A DNA stretch of 64,000 nt, the filler included, from Stramenopiles sp. TOSAG23-3 (Eukaryota), in NCBI GenBank assembly GCA_900128585.1. It is 18 parts of 18 records of this genome, joined end to end, with 100 filler letters (N's around TTAATTAATTAA, not from the genome) between each part and the next. Parts side by side here need not be neighbours in the genome. Positions count along the whole stretch, not along the records: positions 10,736 to 14,209 come from LT644200.1; positions 14,310 to 17,780 come from LT644201.1; positions 17,881 to 21,349 come from LT644202.1; positions 21,450 to 24,916 come from LT644203.1; 14 more parts are not named here. One strand, 5' to 3'. The position numbers and the translations under genes are program-made. Shown here piece by piece: positions 11,173 through 21,948 of the stretch. The stretch's first letter is position 1. Each line of letters opens with the position of its first letter. The notes under the pieces were generated by a model. It worked only from the letters and a program-made list of their open reading frames with translations, did not search any database and had not been told where the DNA came from.

Positions 11173-11874
11173 ATGACACTTACGACGACCCTTGCGTTTG
11201 CCCTTTTGATCTTGGGGGTATCGTCGGCCGCGGTAGACCCGGTGGCGGATTATTTCAAGCCGGTCACCGTTCTTGGGAATGCATACAAAGGAGAGAACGG
11301 GGTGGTCATGTTAAATTCGTCGAGTTTCAACACGGCGATTGGAACTGACGGTTCGGCGTGGCTTCTAAAGTTCTATGCACCGTGGTGCGGGCACTGCAAG
11401 CGCCTGGCGCCGGTGTTCGAGCAACTTGCGCAGAAGGTGCACGGGGGAAATCAGCGAGTTGGGATTGCAAAGGTCGACGCAACGTACGAAAAGGCCTTGT
11501 CCGCGCGGTTCCCGTTGAAAGGTTACCCTACCGTGTTTTTCATCAAGGGCGGGGAGGTTTACCTGTACGAAGGGAAGCGCTCCGTCGGGGATTTTTCCAA
11601 ATACATCGCGGGCGAGTACACCACAGGGACGAAGCTCGGCCAGATGGAGTCCCCGTTGGGGGTGGTTGGGCAGCTGAAGGGCCTCGTGGTGCTTGGTGGG
11701 GTCCACATTGCCGATTGGTACGAATACTTGACGGACTTGAATGGCATGCGGTGGAAGCCTTGGCAAGCGATAACTGCCATTTGCGCCGCAGGCCTTACCT
11801 TTACATTTTTCTTTGGGCTTTTCTGCGCCTGGCTGTTCAACCTGACGGAACCGTCCCACCCCCACTTGGACTGA
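11173..11874 (+). CDS. Thioredoxin/PDI-family membrane protein (TMX-like): signal peptide, WCGHC domain, C-terminal TM helix
   Basis: KFYAPWCGHCKRLAP, GYPT, hydrophobic N-terminus and C-terminal TM segment. Confidence 0.9.
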   Translation: MTLTTTLAFALLILGVSSAAVDPVADYFKPVTVLGNAYKGENGVVMLNSSSFNTAIGTDGSAWLLKFYAPWCGHCKRLAPVFEQLAQKVHGGNQRVGIAKVDATYEKALSARFPLKGYPTVFFIKGGEVYLYEGKRSVGDFSKYIAGEYTTGTKLGQMESPLGVVGQLKGLVVLGGVHIADWYEYLTDLNGMRWKPWQAITAICAAGLTFTFFFGLFCAWLFNLTEPSHPHLD

Positions 11875-12075
11875 GGCAAGAAGGAAGCACGGGCGAGATT
11901 GACTTTGTAAAACGTTTCGTAAAGAAATTTAAGAAGTAAGCTTAAGCGTCGGAAGTTTTCAACTCAGCAAAATAAAGAGTACAGCGCCCTCCTTTTATTT
12001 CGTACGCGAGGAGTTAAGAGTATTCGATAATTACGAAAGTAAGATAGGAACCCTACATCGCACCGATAAAACCCC

Positions 12076-13398
12076 TTACACGCCGTACCCGAAGCCCTGG
12101 CTAATGATCCCGAGAAGCCCACCAAACACGTTCCCCCAGACGATCAGCCATCCCAGGTGCTGGCGAATCACGTCTTCCATCAGCTTCTTCACCATGGGTG
12201 GGGTGAGCTCCTTCAACTTTTCGGTCATGAGGGAGTCTATTTCGTTCCGCACGCTTTCTACACTGACAAACTCCAGGATATCGAAGGACTGGGTCAGCTT
12301 CTCCGCCATCTGGGTGGCGAAACCGCCCAACGGCTTCTTCATCATCGCCGCGATCGTCCGCATGGTCATCCCGGGCATCATCATGGGGAGCATGGCCAGG
12401 AAGGCCCCCTCGGGCGTCAGCGCCAGCTTTTCCAACTCTGCTGCTATGAGGCCCTCCGTGTCCGGGTCTTGAACGATTTTCTGGACCCGGTCTTTCACGT
12501 TTATCTTTCCTAGCAGGTCCCGGCTGCGCTCGTTTAAGTACGACCCGAGGTACTGCTCGTCGAAGAACGTCGCCATGATGGTAGTCTTTACCGTCTCCCG
12601 GATCTCTTTGAATTGGCGAGGGATCACCCCAGAGCCGTACAGGAACGGGATTTTGTCAAACAGCATCTTCACGGCCAGCCAGTTCGTAAACCCCCCCGCG
12701 AACCCAAACAGGCCAAAAGAGAGCAGGTACGGGATTGCCGAGGTGTTTGGAAAGGCCCATTGGAGAATCATACCAATGACAAGGAGGGAAAAGGTCACGT
12801 AGTTCGACACGCTGCCGTACGTGCAGTACAACTCCTGGAACGTGTGTTCCCGGTTGACCAGGTCATCGTACCGAACAGCTTTTGGCGTCGTCTTCGGCTC
12901 GGCCGGTGGGTCAATCTCGACCGCCGTGTCCTGCACTTCGTCCTCGGATTTCTCCTCCTCGACTTTCTCCCCCTCGACTTTCTCCTCCTCGGCAGACGGC
13001 GGCGCAGCCTTGACCTCTTCCTGCGCCGGTTCCACGGGCTCGCTGGCCCCCTCCTCCTCCTCGCCCTGCTGGTCGGCGATCATGTCGCAGATCTCCACGC
13101 TCTGAATGACGTCGTCCCTGCCGTCGTCCAAGAACATTGCTTCCAAGTCATCGGTAGAGGCCACGTCATCGTTGATCGTGACCGTGATTTTCAACATTTT
13201 CAGCCCAAAGGCAATTTTCACGAGCTCGTGGTCTCCCCACTTCACGAGCCCGTCAAAGGTGACCGTTTTCAAGGTGGCCGCGAGCCCCTCCATATCGTCC
13301 TCGTCTGAAAACGGCTTTAAATTGTAGGAAAAGGTTATTTCATTGGAGGACCCCTTCCCCTCTCCATCCTCAACTGTCCCTACCTTTTGACTACTCAT
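12076..13398 (-). CDS. Fusion: EF-1beta/delta nucleotide-exchange domain + acidic linker + DUF445-like membrane domain
   Basis: LKPFSDEDDME...TFDGLVKWG.HELVKIAFGLKMLKI...STDDLE...IQSVEI; FGFAGGFTNWLAVKMLFDKIPFLYGSGVIP...IRQHLGWLIVWGNVFGGLLG. Confidence 0.8.
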   Translation of the reverse strand: MSSQKVGTVEDGEGKGSSNEITFSYNLKPFSDEDDMEGLAATLKTVTFDGLVKWGDHELVKIAFGLKMLKITVTINDDVASTDDLEAMFLDDGRDDVIQSVEICDMIADQQGEEEEGASEPVEPAQEEVKAAPPSAEEEKVEGEKVEEEKSEDEVQDTAVEIDPPAEPKTTPKAVRYDDLVNREHTFQELYCTYGSVSNYVTFSLLVIGMILQWAFPNTSAIPYLLSFGLFGFAGGFTNWLAVKMLFDKIPFLYGSGVIPRQFKEIRETVKTTIMATFFDEQYLGSYLNERSRDLLGKINVKDRVQKIVQDPDTEGLIAAELEKLALTPEGAFLAMLPMMMPGMTMRTIAAMMKKPLGGFATQMAEKLTQSFDILEFVSVESVRNEIDSLMTEKLKELTPPMVKKLMEDVIRQHLGWLIVWGNVFGGLLGIISQGFGYGV

Positions 13399-13733
13399 CA
13401 GAAATTGAAAAAAAAAACGGCAAAATGTATATGCGTATTCGAACCGAGTGTATATGTATAACACCACCACGCGTAGTAAATACCCAACAGCGAACTCTGG
13501 GCGGGAGGGGTGTGTTGTTTGAGGTGAACGGACTGGACTGTTTACACAAAAAATCCAAACTCAAGCAGAAGAACAAAAACGGAGGAATGGACAAGTATTA
13601 ATCAAAATTAAAAGGGGAGCGAGACATTGGAATACAAAGGAAAATGTAAAAAAAATCAGGAGGAAGAGGAGAAATATTAGTAATTAATGGCAAGCAACAA
13701 AAATAATATTATTTGGTTTGTTTTTTTTTTGAA

Positions 13734-13766
<33 letters not shown>

Positions 13767-14135
13767 TCTTCTTTTTTTCTTCTTCTTTTCTTCTTCTTCT
13801 TCTTCTTCTTCTTCTTCTTCTTCTTCTTCTTCTTCTTCTTTTTTTCTTCTTCTTTTCTTCTTCTTCTTCTCTTCTTCTTCTTAAATATATTAAATACCAA
13901 ATGTAGTGTAGAGTATTTACAAGTGCATAAATTAGCTTATATTAGATAGGCAGATAAAAAATAAAGACACGTGTTTTGGTTGGGTGTGGGATATATGTAC
14001 TTAAATATTATATATTAATACGAATATAAATAGGAAGAAAGAAAGAAATCTAAAAAAGAAAGAAAGAAAGAAAGTATAACAAAGAGAAGAAAGAGAAGAA
14101 AGAGAAGAAAGAAATCAATCAATCAATCTAAAAAA

Positions 14136-14207
<72 letters not shown>

Positions 14208-14354
14208 AANNNNNNNNNNNNNNNNNNNNNNNNNNNNNNNNNNNNNNNNNNNNTTAATTAATTAANNNNNNNNNNNNNNNNNNNNNNNNNNNNNNNNNNN
14301 NNNNNNNNNAAACGTAGTAGAAGGAAGTACAAAGGCCGCCGTCGGCAGAAAAAA

Positions 14355-15056
14355 ATGGCGAAACGAAAGGCAGGCAGGCCGATGGAGTCCTGGGAAATTG
14401 ACGATGACGATGATGAGGAGGAGGAAGAGGGGATGGATTTCCACGAAGGCCAGAACGACGACGAAGATGACGACGAGGAGGACGGTCAGCCCGGTGAGGA
14501 CGAAAACAAAAGACGAAATTTGGAGCAAACTCCTCCCGGGAACTACGCCAAATTGTCGCCGTCGACCATAGGATGGATATCCCGTGTTCTGACCATGTAC
14601 GCGTTCACAGTAGCATTGAGCAGTGCATCGTCAGACTCCAAACTTATCATTTTTACATTGGCCATGACTCTCCTCCTCCTCCCATTGGTCTGGCGTGGGA
14701 AACAGATGAACGACGCCCTGTCCGATGCGGTCGTTGGCCTCCGCTTACGGCAGGTCCAGTTGGCGGGCGTATTCCCCTCCTCTTCCAAAGCTGAAATGAT
14801 TGCCCAGGCGCTAATCTTGCAAAAAATTGAAGTCATAACTACGTATTGGGAAAAGCAAGCCCTTGGGCTGTCGTTCAAAATTCCGTTCATTGACATGCCC
14901 ATTTCATTGGAAAACGAAATTCTTGGAGGTATGCTCGTAGCGAACATCTTGAAAGTCATCGAGGTGTTTTTTTCAAAGAAGGACGAGAAGAAGAAGAATC
15001 CCGTTCGCCCCAAAACTCGGCTGGAAATGAATGCCGTGGGAATGGAACGCGACTGA
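14355..15056 (+). CDS. Hypothetical membrane protein with acidic N-terminus; may be 5'-truncated
   Basis: GC-balanced ORF with 2-3 hydrophobic segments. Confidence 0.6.
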   Translation: MAKRKAGRPMESWEIDDDDDEEEEEGMDFHEGQNDDEDDDEEDGQPGEDENKRRNLEQTPPGNYAKLSPSTIGWISRVLTMYAFTVALSSASSDSKLIIFTLAMTLLLLPLVWRGKQMNDALSDAVVGLRLRQVQLAGVFPSSSKAEMIAQALILQKIEVITTYWEKQALGLSFKIPFIDMPISLENEILGGMLVANILKVIEVFFSKKDEKKKNPVRPKTRLEMNAVGMERD

Positions 15057-15152
15057 GGGGGCAATATACAAAAAAAACAAGGGCAATATACATATATATT
15101 TTTTTTTTTGAAAGAGCACTTTGTGAGATATTCTTGTTTTTTAAAGCACTAT

Positions 15153-15232
15153 AAAATAACTCCAATTTTTCTTGTTTTTGTCATTATTAAATTTTAATTA
15201 CTCTAAATATAACAGCCAATTTTTTGTTTTAA
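15153..15232 (-). repeat. Two 3'-flank repeat motif copies
   Basis: Minus strand AAAACAAAAAATTGGCTGTTATATTTAGAGTAATTAAAATT and AAAAACAAGAAAAATTGGAGTTATTTT. Confidence 0.85.
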
Positions 15233-15262
15233 AAAACAAATATCATACTCTCTTACGTTTAT

Positions 15263-17050
15263 TTAGATGTGCTGAGGCTCTCCAGCAATCAGCTTGTTCC
15301 ACACTGTAGGGGTCCGTCGGGATGTTTTGCGTTTCCGGTCCATCTCGTTCTTGTACCCTTGGAATATGTTGTATGCCTCTTTTTCCAACACGTCATTCAT
15401 TCGTTTGGCTTCTTCCATCTTTGATTGCTGGTCCAGCCGGTGCATCTCCTCCCGCTCGCCTTGAATGCGGTCTGCGGCCGCGAAGCGGTTCTCTCCGCCC
15501 CACCGCAGCCCGTGCTGCTTCTCTGGGGACGCCCCCCCGTTGTTGAGCTGTCGTCTAAGTTTTGTAATGCGCTTTTCGTTCTCAATCTGCTTGATGTACG
15601 TGCTGGGGTCCGAGACCGAGTTGATGGACATGTTTGAAGATGGCCGCGGCGAAACTCTCGATTGGGCCCGCTTGATCCATTTCGCTTGCTCTTTGTCGTA
15701 TATGTTCTTTGTGTTGGTTTTCGGGCGCCGTTGGTGCTCCGGCAAATGCGGTTTGTACAGCTCGGCTTGTCGGAACCGTTGGTATCCCGCCGCAAACAGT
15801 GACGTGTTGTTGTACTCGGACCCTCTCAGGTCCCCGATCGCCTTGGCGGTGCGCTTGTTGGAGATGCGCATCTCTCGGTTCTCGTCTTTGAACGTCGGCC
15901 GAACGGAGCGCATCTGCCCGATGTGCCCGCCCCTCATTTTCCCCCCGATTTCATTCTTGAACGTTTCAAAGTCGATGGTGCCGTCCAGCCCGTGGCCGCC
16001 CCGTTTCATGATTTCTTTCACCGCGCCGAGGGTGCTGTCCACCTGGAGCATTTCAAGCCCCCGCTGCAGCTCGGCCGCGTCGATGTGCCCGCCCCCGTCG
16101 CAGTCTAGGACCTTAAACACCTTCATCATGAGCTCGTTCGCCATTTGGTTCTTCATGTCCGGGCGCCCCTCCGCTTTGTGGTGGTTTACTTTCTCGGTCA
16201 GAACGGGCGAGGTGCTGAATTTTCTCGGTATTTTTCGCTCTTTGTCCTTTTCGTCCAGGACCTTTGGCTTGGGCGTTTTCCGCCGCTGGGTGTCAATTAT
16301 GCCGTGCTTTACCGTTTTCAAGCTCGGGGTCCCCTTCCTCCACAGTTTCGCCGGCACGTCTCCCAGCCGCGGCTTCGGGCCGCTGCCCACGGGCTCGTCC
16401 TTTACGATGGGAAGCATGTCGTGGGTGTTGGGCTGCTTCATGGTCAGCCGCCCGGGGTTCCCAACGTCGCACCGCTGGGGCGGCATGGGCGCGGAATTCT
16501 TTCGTGGCCGGATCGACTTCTTCTTGGGCATTCCCGTGGCGCCCTTCTGCTTGATGACGCTTCTTGCCCTCTCGTCGGTCATGCCCAGGGTGTGGCGGTT
16601 GATCAGGTTTGGCGTCCTCGACTTTTTCCCACCCCCGCCCCGACTGCCCCGTGCCCGCGCAAGCCGGATGTCCCGGATGACGTCACTCGGGCTCTGGTTG
16701 ATGTGGGTGCTCATCGTTTTCGGGCCACCCGGAGGGGGAGCTTTGGGTGGCAAAGGCTGGCGGTTCTTTGGCAGGGCCGGTTGAATCCTCCGTACGCCCG
16801 CGATTTGTTCTAAACGGTTCCTTCGGTCGTCCCCCATCGAATTGAAAAGTGGCATCCTCTGCCTTGCCGTCGTTGATTGCTTCGCCGCAGCCGCCAGCCT
16901 CGATTTCGACGGCCCTTGCTTTCGCGGCGAACTTTTGAAGGCATTGTAGGGTGCCGGCAGCTTTGGCACCGGAGGCGGTTTCCTGTCCCCCGTTGGGGTA
17001 CACCGCAGGTTCCGAAAGTTGACGTCGTTGTCGCGCTGGACGAAAGACAT
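15263..17050 (-). CDS. Basic, disordered protein with one EF-hand pair
   Basis: VFKVLDCDGGGHIDAAELQRGL...DGTIDFETF; ATG in ACCACCATG context. Confidence 0.8.
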   Translation of the reverse strand: MSFVQRDNDVNFRNLRCTPTGDRKPPPVPKLPAPYNAFKSSPRKQGPSKSRLAAAAKQSTTARQRMPLFNSMGDDRRNRLEQIAGVRRIQPALPKNRQPLPPKAPPPGGPKTMSTHINQSPSDVIRDIRLARARGSRGGGGKKSRTPNLINRHTLGMTDERARSVIKQKGATGMPKKKSIRPRKNSAPMPPQRCDVGNPGRLTMKQPNTHDMLPIVKDEPVGSGPKPRLGDVPAKLWRKGTPSLKTVKHGIIDTQRRKTPKPKVLDEKDKERKIPRKFSTSPVLTEKVNHHKAEGRPDMKNQMANELMMKVFKVLDCDGGGHIDAAELQRGLEMLQVDSTLGAVKEIMKRGGHGLDGTIDFETFKNEIGGKMRGGHIGQMRSVRPTFKDENREMRISNKRTAKAIGDLRGSEYNNTSLFAAGYQRFRQAELYKPHLPEHQRRPKTNTKNIYDKEQAKWIKRAQSRVSPRPSSNMSINSVSDPSTYIKQIENEKRITKLRRQLNNGGASPEKQHGLRWGGENRFAAADRIQGEREEMHRLDQQSKMEEAKRMNDVLEKEAYNIFQGYKNEMDRKRKTSRRTPTVWNKLIAGEPQHI

Positions 17051-17624
17051 GGTGGTGGTTGAACGCTAATAGGTTATGATCAAAAACAAAAGTAAAAATA
17101 CCAATAGCGGTGCAAAAAAGTAAAGAGGAAAAAACTATCTGTCGTAGTACAGAAGCTGTTTACAAATCTATCTAGATATGTATACTGTTTCCTTTTCCAT
17201 TCATCTCATTTCTACTCTCTCTCTCTTTGTACTCTCATATTTAAATATATAAAATTGAGATATATCATTCTTCTTCTCCTACACCTCACTTCTCACTTCT
17301 TTGTAACTGATAGAAAACGATATAGAGAAAGTAGTAGGTAGTTTATTTAACATATAAATAATATTAAAATTAAGAAATAAAAAAAAAGAAAGAAAGAAAG
17401 ATATATTATTATTATAGAAGAAAGAAAGAAAGAAGAAGAATGGAATTGTTTGTTTTATCATTTATATCGATCTCAGGTGGTAGTGTCTAAAAAACTAAAA
17501 ATAAACAAAGAAGTTTCCTTTATGTATTAAGGTATAATAGACACTATATCCTATTTTAAATTATAACACCAATGAAGGAGACAGAAAAGAAAGAAAGAAA
17601 ATGAAAGAAAATGAAAGAAAGAAA

Positions 17625-17656
<32 letters not shown>

Positions 17657-17690
17657 AAAAGAAAGAAAGAAAGAAAAAGAAAGAAAGAAA

Positions 17691-17730
<40 letters not shown>

Positions 17731-18824
17731 AAAAGAAAGAAAGAAAGAAAGAAAGAAAAAGAAAGAAGGAAAGAAAAAGANNNNNNNNNNNNNNNNNNNN
17801 NNNNNNNNNNNNNNNNNNNNNNNNTTAATTAATTAANNNNNNNNNNNNNNNNNNNNNNNNNNNNNNNNNNNNNNNNNNNNCAGGTGTCTACTATGGCATT
17901 TTACTTAAAACAAAACAACGACGGTCGTGTTTCTTCAGTTTTTAAGAAAATGGGAATTTGTCATTTTTTGTTGTAAGTTTGCATTGAAATAAATTTCTTT
18001 CATTTTTACAGCGAAAAGAAATGTTAATTTATTTTAAGAGATGCTCTGTTAATATAAAATACCGATTGATAAAACAAAAAAAAGAAACAAAAAAATTGCA
18101 CAAGAACACTTATTGTTGGTACATTGCAACAAAGTTGGTTCTTTTTTATAAGTGCTGTGTATATGTATTGTACTTTTTCCAAAATATATTCTTTGTTGTA
18201 ACTTTTGTGTTGGAATATATTTCTTTCATTTTAATGACGAAAAGACTTGTTAATTTATTTTAAGACATGCTGTGTATATGTAAAATACCGATTGCAAACA
18301 CAAACAAAAAACAAACAAAGTGCAAAGGAAGAATTGTTGGTGGTGGTGGAATAACATTACACCACATAGCATAGTAATACTAGTACATTAGGGAGACTCT
18401 AGTCTTCTAGATAGTCGTCTAAAAATATACCGTTTCAGGAGGTTTTTTCAACCAATCACACTGGAAGGTGGAAGGGCAAATACAATTCCATGGTGGTACG
18501 GGTACCAGTAGGTTTTACGAGGAGGAGTCTAACGAAAATCTCATAATATTAAATTATTTTCTAAAAAAATGAAATGTTATTGTAGAATATAACATCAGCA
18601 CAGCAAAGGACATTATGGTGGGTAATTTTTTTAATTATTATACAACTCTCAAGTCACGAGGAGATGTGTAAGAATGCAAGAGCATCATTGGTTGATTCTC
18701 TGGGAACGAAAACGAATGCAAGCGTTAACCAGATGAAAAAAATCCCCGTTCTGCGTCATCGCTGAATTAAGTGCTGATTGTTTTTAGTAACCGTTGGAAC
18801 GTTGTTCATCTAACTTTAAACAAA

Positions 18825-20105
18825 ATGGGTTGTGGGCATTCTCGGGTAATGAAGGAATACACCAGTCTTCGAGTGGAGAAAATGACAAAGTTCACGCCGT
18901 TGTTTGACTTGTTGCAATTTCCGAAAAAGAAACGTTTAGAAATCTACGATGTGTTCTGGCGCTTTGACAAAGATGGCAGCGGGAGTATTGATTTTAGAGA
19001 GTTTTGCCAAAGTTTTGACATTGACCGATCTGCTTTTGCAAAACGGTCGTTTATGATGCTCGACAGCGGAGGAACTGGAGAGATAAACTTTCCCCAGTTT
19101 GTCGTCGCGTGTTGGAATTACTGTACTTATGACAAGATTGGCCTAGCTTCGTTTGCGTATATGCTTTACGACCCACACCGAAAAGGCAACATTGAGCTTA
19201 AAGAAATGTTTCAGTTGCTCGAGGATGTCTATGGGTTTTCAAAGCGAGGGGCAGCCATGGACTCTCAGGGCACCGTCAATGTGGTCAAGAATAGTCCAGA
19301 GTATTACATGATTCAGGCAAAACGTGGCCTCAAACAATGCGCCGGTGAAGACCAGCTAGTCTCGATGGTAGAGTTTGTGAATTACAGCCGAACGCACCCC
19401 AACCTTCTGCAACGTCCGCACACGTTGCAGCACAAGTTACAAAAAACGTTGGGGGGGGAGCAGTTTTGGGCAGAGCTGACAAAGATACGGCGGACAATGG
19501 AGAAACGAGCGGGCGTGAGAGGCTTGAACATGTTGGACGCAGAGGTTGTCATTAGCTGGTTGGAACGAGAAACTGGCACAAACCTGAGGTCGACAAACAA
19601 ACCTCGCAAAATGAAAACTACGCCTGGGGCAGTCAAACATGGAGGAGGCAATCCCTATCGAGCAAAGTCACGCTCAAAATCTTCTCCGGGTACTTTCGAT
19701 GCCGACGGCAACGAATCTGATGTGAGGTCAAAGAAGCGAAAGTCAACGTTGAAGCGCATGAACTCTGCAATGTTGATCCAGAAAGTTGCGCGAAAGGCTG
19801 TGGTGGCAAAGAAGCGGAGAGAAGGTCGCCTGCACCCCCACAACCGTTTGGTGGGTGGAGAGTGGGAGGAAAGAAAGGATAAACGGAAGGGGGACGTATA
19901 CTACTACAATGTTGTCACGAAGGAAAAACGAAAGGATTGCCCCGAAGAGGCGAAAAAGGGGAAGAAGAAGAAGAAAAAGAGCAGTGGCCCAAGCAACGAG
20001 CCGCTGCCGAAGCACTGGAGAGAAATGAACGACAAGAAGACGGGGCACACCTATTACTACAATAGGCTGACAAAGCGCAGCAGCTGGACCAGGCCAGAGG
20101 AGTGA
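18825..20105 (+). CDS. Putatively N-acylated (MGCG) EF-hand protein with IQ-like motif and two WW domains
   Basis: MGCGHS; DKDGSGSIDFREF; DSGGTGEINFPQF; AMLIQKVARK; WEERKD..GDVYYYN; LPKHWREMND..TGHTYYYN..TKRSSWTRP. Confidence 0.88.
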   Translation: MGCGHSRVMKEYTSLRVEKMTKFTPLFDLLQFPKKKRLEIYDVFWRFDKDGSGSIDFREFCQSFDIDRSAFAKRSFMMLDSGGTGEINFPQFVVACWNYCTYDKIGLASFAYMLYDPHRKGNIELKEMFQLLEDVYGFSKRGAAMDSQGTVNVVKNSPEYYMIQAKRGLKQCAGEDQLVSMVEFVNYSRTHPNLLQRPHTLQHKLQKTLGGEQFWAELTKIRRTMEKRAGVRGLNMLDAEVVISWLERETGTNLRSTNKPRKMKTTPGAVKHGGGNPYRAKSRSKSSPGTFDADGNESDVRSKKRKSTLKRMNSAMLIQKVARKAVVAKKRREGRLHPHNRLVGGEWEERKDKRKGDVYYYNVVTKEKRKDCPEEAKKGKKKKKKSSGPSNEPLPKHWREMNDKKTGHTYYYNRLTKRSSWTRPEE

Positions 20106-20309
20106 GTGATCACCATCGCTGTGGTCGATGGCGGCGGGTGTTGGTAAAGAATGTTGCGAACCTTTCTTTATAATTTTAATATTATGAATATAGTCTTTTT
20201 TTTATAAATTTGTTTTTGATATGTGTATGATACGGCTTATATTTTGTTTTAAGAGAAAAAATAATTCTTAGGAATCGTTTTGCATGTCGAAAGAAAAATG
20301 AAACGCAAT

Positions 20310-20801
20310 CTACTGGAGCTCGCCATTGGTCAAATGGCCTTTGTTTGAGCGCAAGTACCACTGACGGAATTTATCGTCGGCCCGGTCTTCCAGCGCCTCT
20401 TCCTTCTGTGTTTTGGCCTGTTCTTGGCGCTGCTTTTGTGCTTTTTCTTCGTGTTCCTCCTCTTCTTCCTGTTCCTTTTCGCCTTTCCTTATCTCCTTGC
20501 TTTCTATGGTTCGAACTTCCGCATTCGAAACGAAATATGGATCTATTTCCTTCTGGTGCTGTTCAAATTTCTTTGCCTGCATCACCTCTATTTCATGCTC
20601 TCGTTGTTTCGCCTCTCTAACTTTTTCTTTCTCCAGCACTCCTCTCTCTTCTGTCGCCGCAGCCCTGCGATCCCGTGCCAAAACTTCGGCTGCTTTCATG
20701 TACTCTGGGCTTGGCTCGTCACCGGTCCCAAGCCCATCGCACCCATCGCCGATGAGGAGGGAAAAAACTGCAAAAATGTATATTACAAAATGCTTGACCA
20801 T
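20310..20801 (-). CDS. Small hypothetical protein: signal peptide plus charged coiled coil
   Basis: Hydrophobic N-terminus, E/K/R-rich body. Confidence 0.6.
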   Translation of the reverse strand: MVKHFVIYIFAVFSLLIGDGCDGLGTGDEPSPEYMKAAEVLARDRRAAATEERGVLEKEKVREAKQREHEIEVMQAKKFEQHQKEIDPYFVSNAEVRTIESKEIRKGEKEQEEEEEHEEKAQKQRQEQAKTQKEEALEDRADDKFRQWYLRSNKGHLTNGELQ

Positions 20802-21449
20802 TTGGAGGCTTCAAAAAAATAACGTAAACGGGAACGAGCAAACACAAAACACTCTTCTCGCAAACACCAAGAAGGAAACGTGTATACAACTATCGCACAA
20901 ACTGTTCTAACTGAAATCGTCAATTGTTTTTTACCTTTTGCTTTGTTTAACTGTCACAATTACGCGAAGGAATAAGGTGATTTTCATCTTACCAAGAACT
21001 GGATATAATTCTTGTGTTTTCTTATACCACCACGACGAATACGAGCGAGCGAGGTGGTCGTCTTCCTTGTAGACATTTATTAATTCTAATATTTTTTGTA
21101 AAATTTTTTCTTCCGTCGTCGGTCGTGTCGGTCGTCGTCTATAAAAAATATTCTTCAACAACAAAATTTTTATTTTATTTTTTAAACATCGCCACATCAT
21201 TTTTTTCAATTTCTTCTTTCTAATAATATTTACTATAGAAAGCATACTCTACCTCGTAATAATAAATAAAGCTCCATCATCACATCCTTCCTTCCTTCCT
21301 TCCTTCCTTCCTTCCTTCCTTCCTTCCTTCCTTCCTTCCTTCCTTCCTTNNNNNNNNNNNNNNNNNNNNNNNNNNNNNNNNNNNNNNNNNNNNTTAATTA
21401 ATTAANNNNNNNNNNNNNNNNNNNNNNNNNNNNNNNNNNNNNNNNNNNN

Positions 21450-21528
21450 TCGTCAGGGTTGGTCCGTTTCAGCCAGTCGTAGTGTGTTGTTTCGCGGCAC
21501 CACCTGAGGGCGATAGTGCGCTGTTGTT
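21450..21528 (-). mobile_element. Second-locus fragment of the OTU-domain element seen at 52890-53426
   Basis: Aligns to ~53015-53092; translates TIALRWCRETTHYDWLKRTNPD versus VIALSWCRESIHYDWLKRINSD. Confidence 0.8.
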
Positions 21529-21948
21529 AAAAAGATAGATTTTTTTTTTACTTCTTCTTCTTCTTCCTTCACTTTGTATTCTTCTATTATACTCATAGTA
21601 GAATTTCTAATAATTTTATTTTCTTCTTCTTCTTCTTGTTGTTGTTGTTCTTCTTTCTTTTAATTCTTCTTTTTTCTCTTCTTCTCTCTTCTCTCTTCTT
21701 CTTACTTCTTTCTTCTCTCTTCTTCTTTCTTCTTTCTTCTTTCTTCTTTCTTCTTCTTCTTTCTTCTTCTTCTTCTTTCTTCTTCTTCTTCTTCTCTTTC
21801 TTTCTTCTTCTTCATTTTTTTAAGTTTGTTCTTCTTTCTTCTTCTTCTTCTCATTTTAAAAATTCCTGATGAAGAAAGAAAGAAAGAAAGAAAGAAAGAA
21901 CCGTGTTTAGATTTCACAGTAGAATCCTAAAACAAAATAGACTATAAT

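Noticed and set aside
13687-13949. Poly-F/S/K/R/N ORFs here and at 17601-17832, 21636-21917, 22685-23170, 31906-32101, 46119-46364
   Set aside because: Translations of microsatellites.
15465-16784. 439-codon antisense ORF and similar ones (2513-3385, 12613-13308, 9245-9826, 44774-45439)
   Set aside because: Shadow ORFs of real genes on the opposite strand, with no protein-like motifs.
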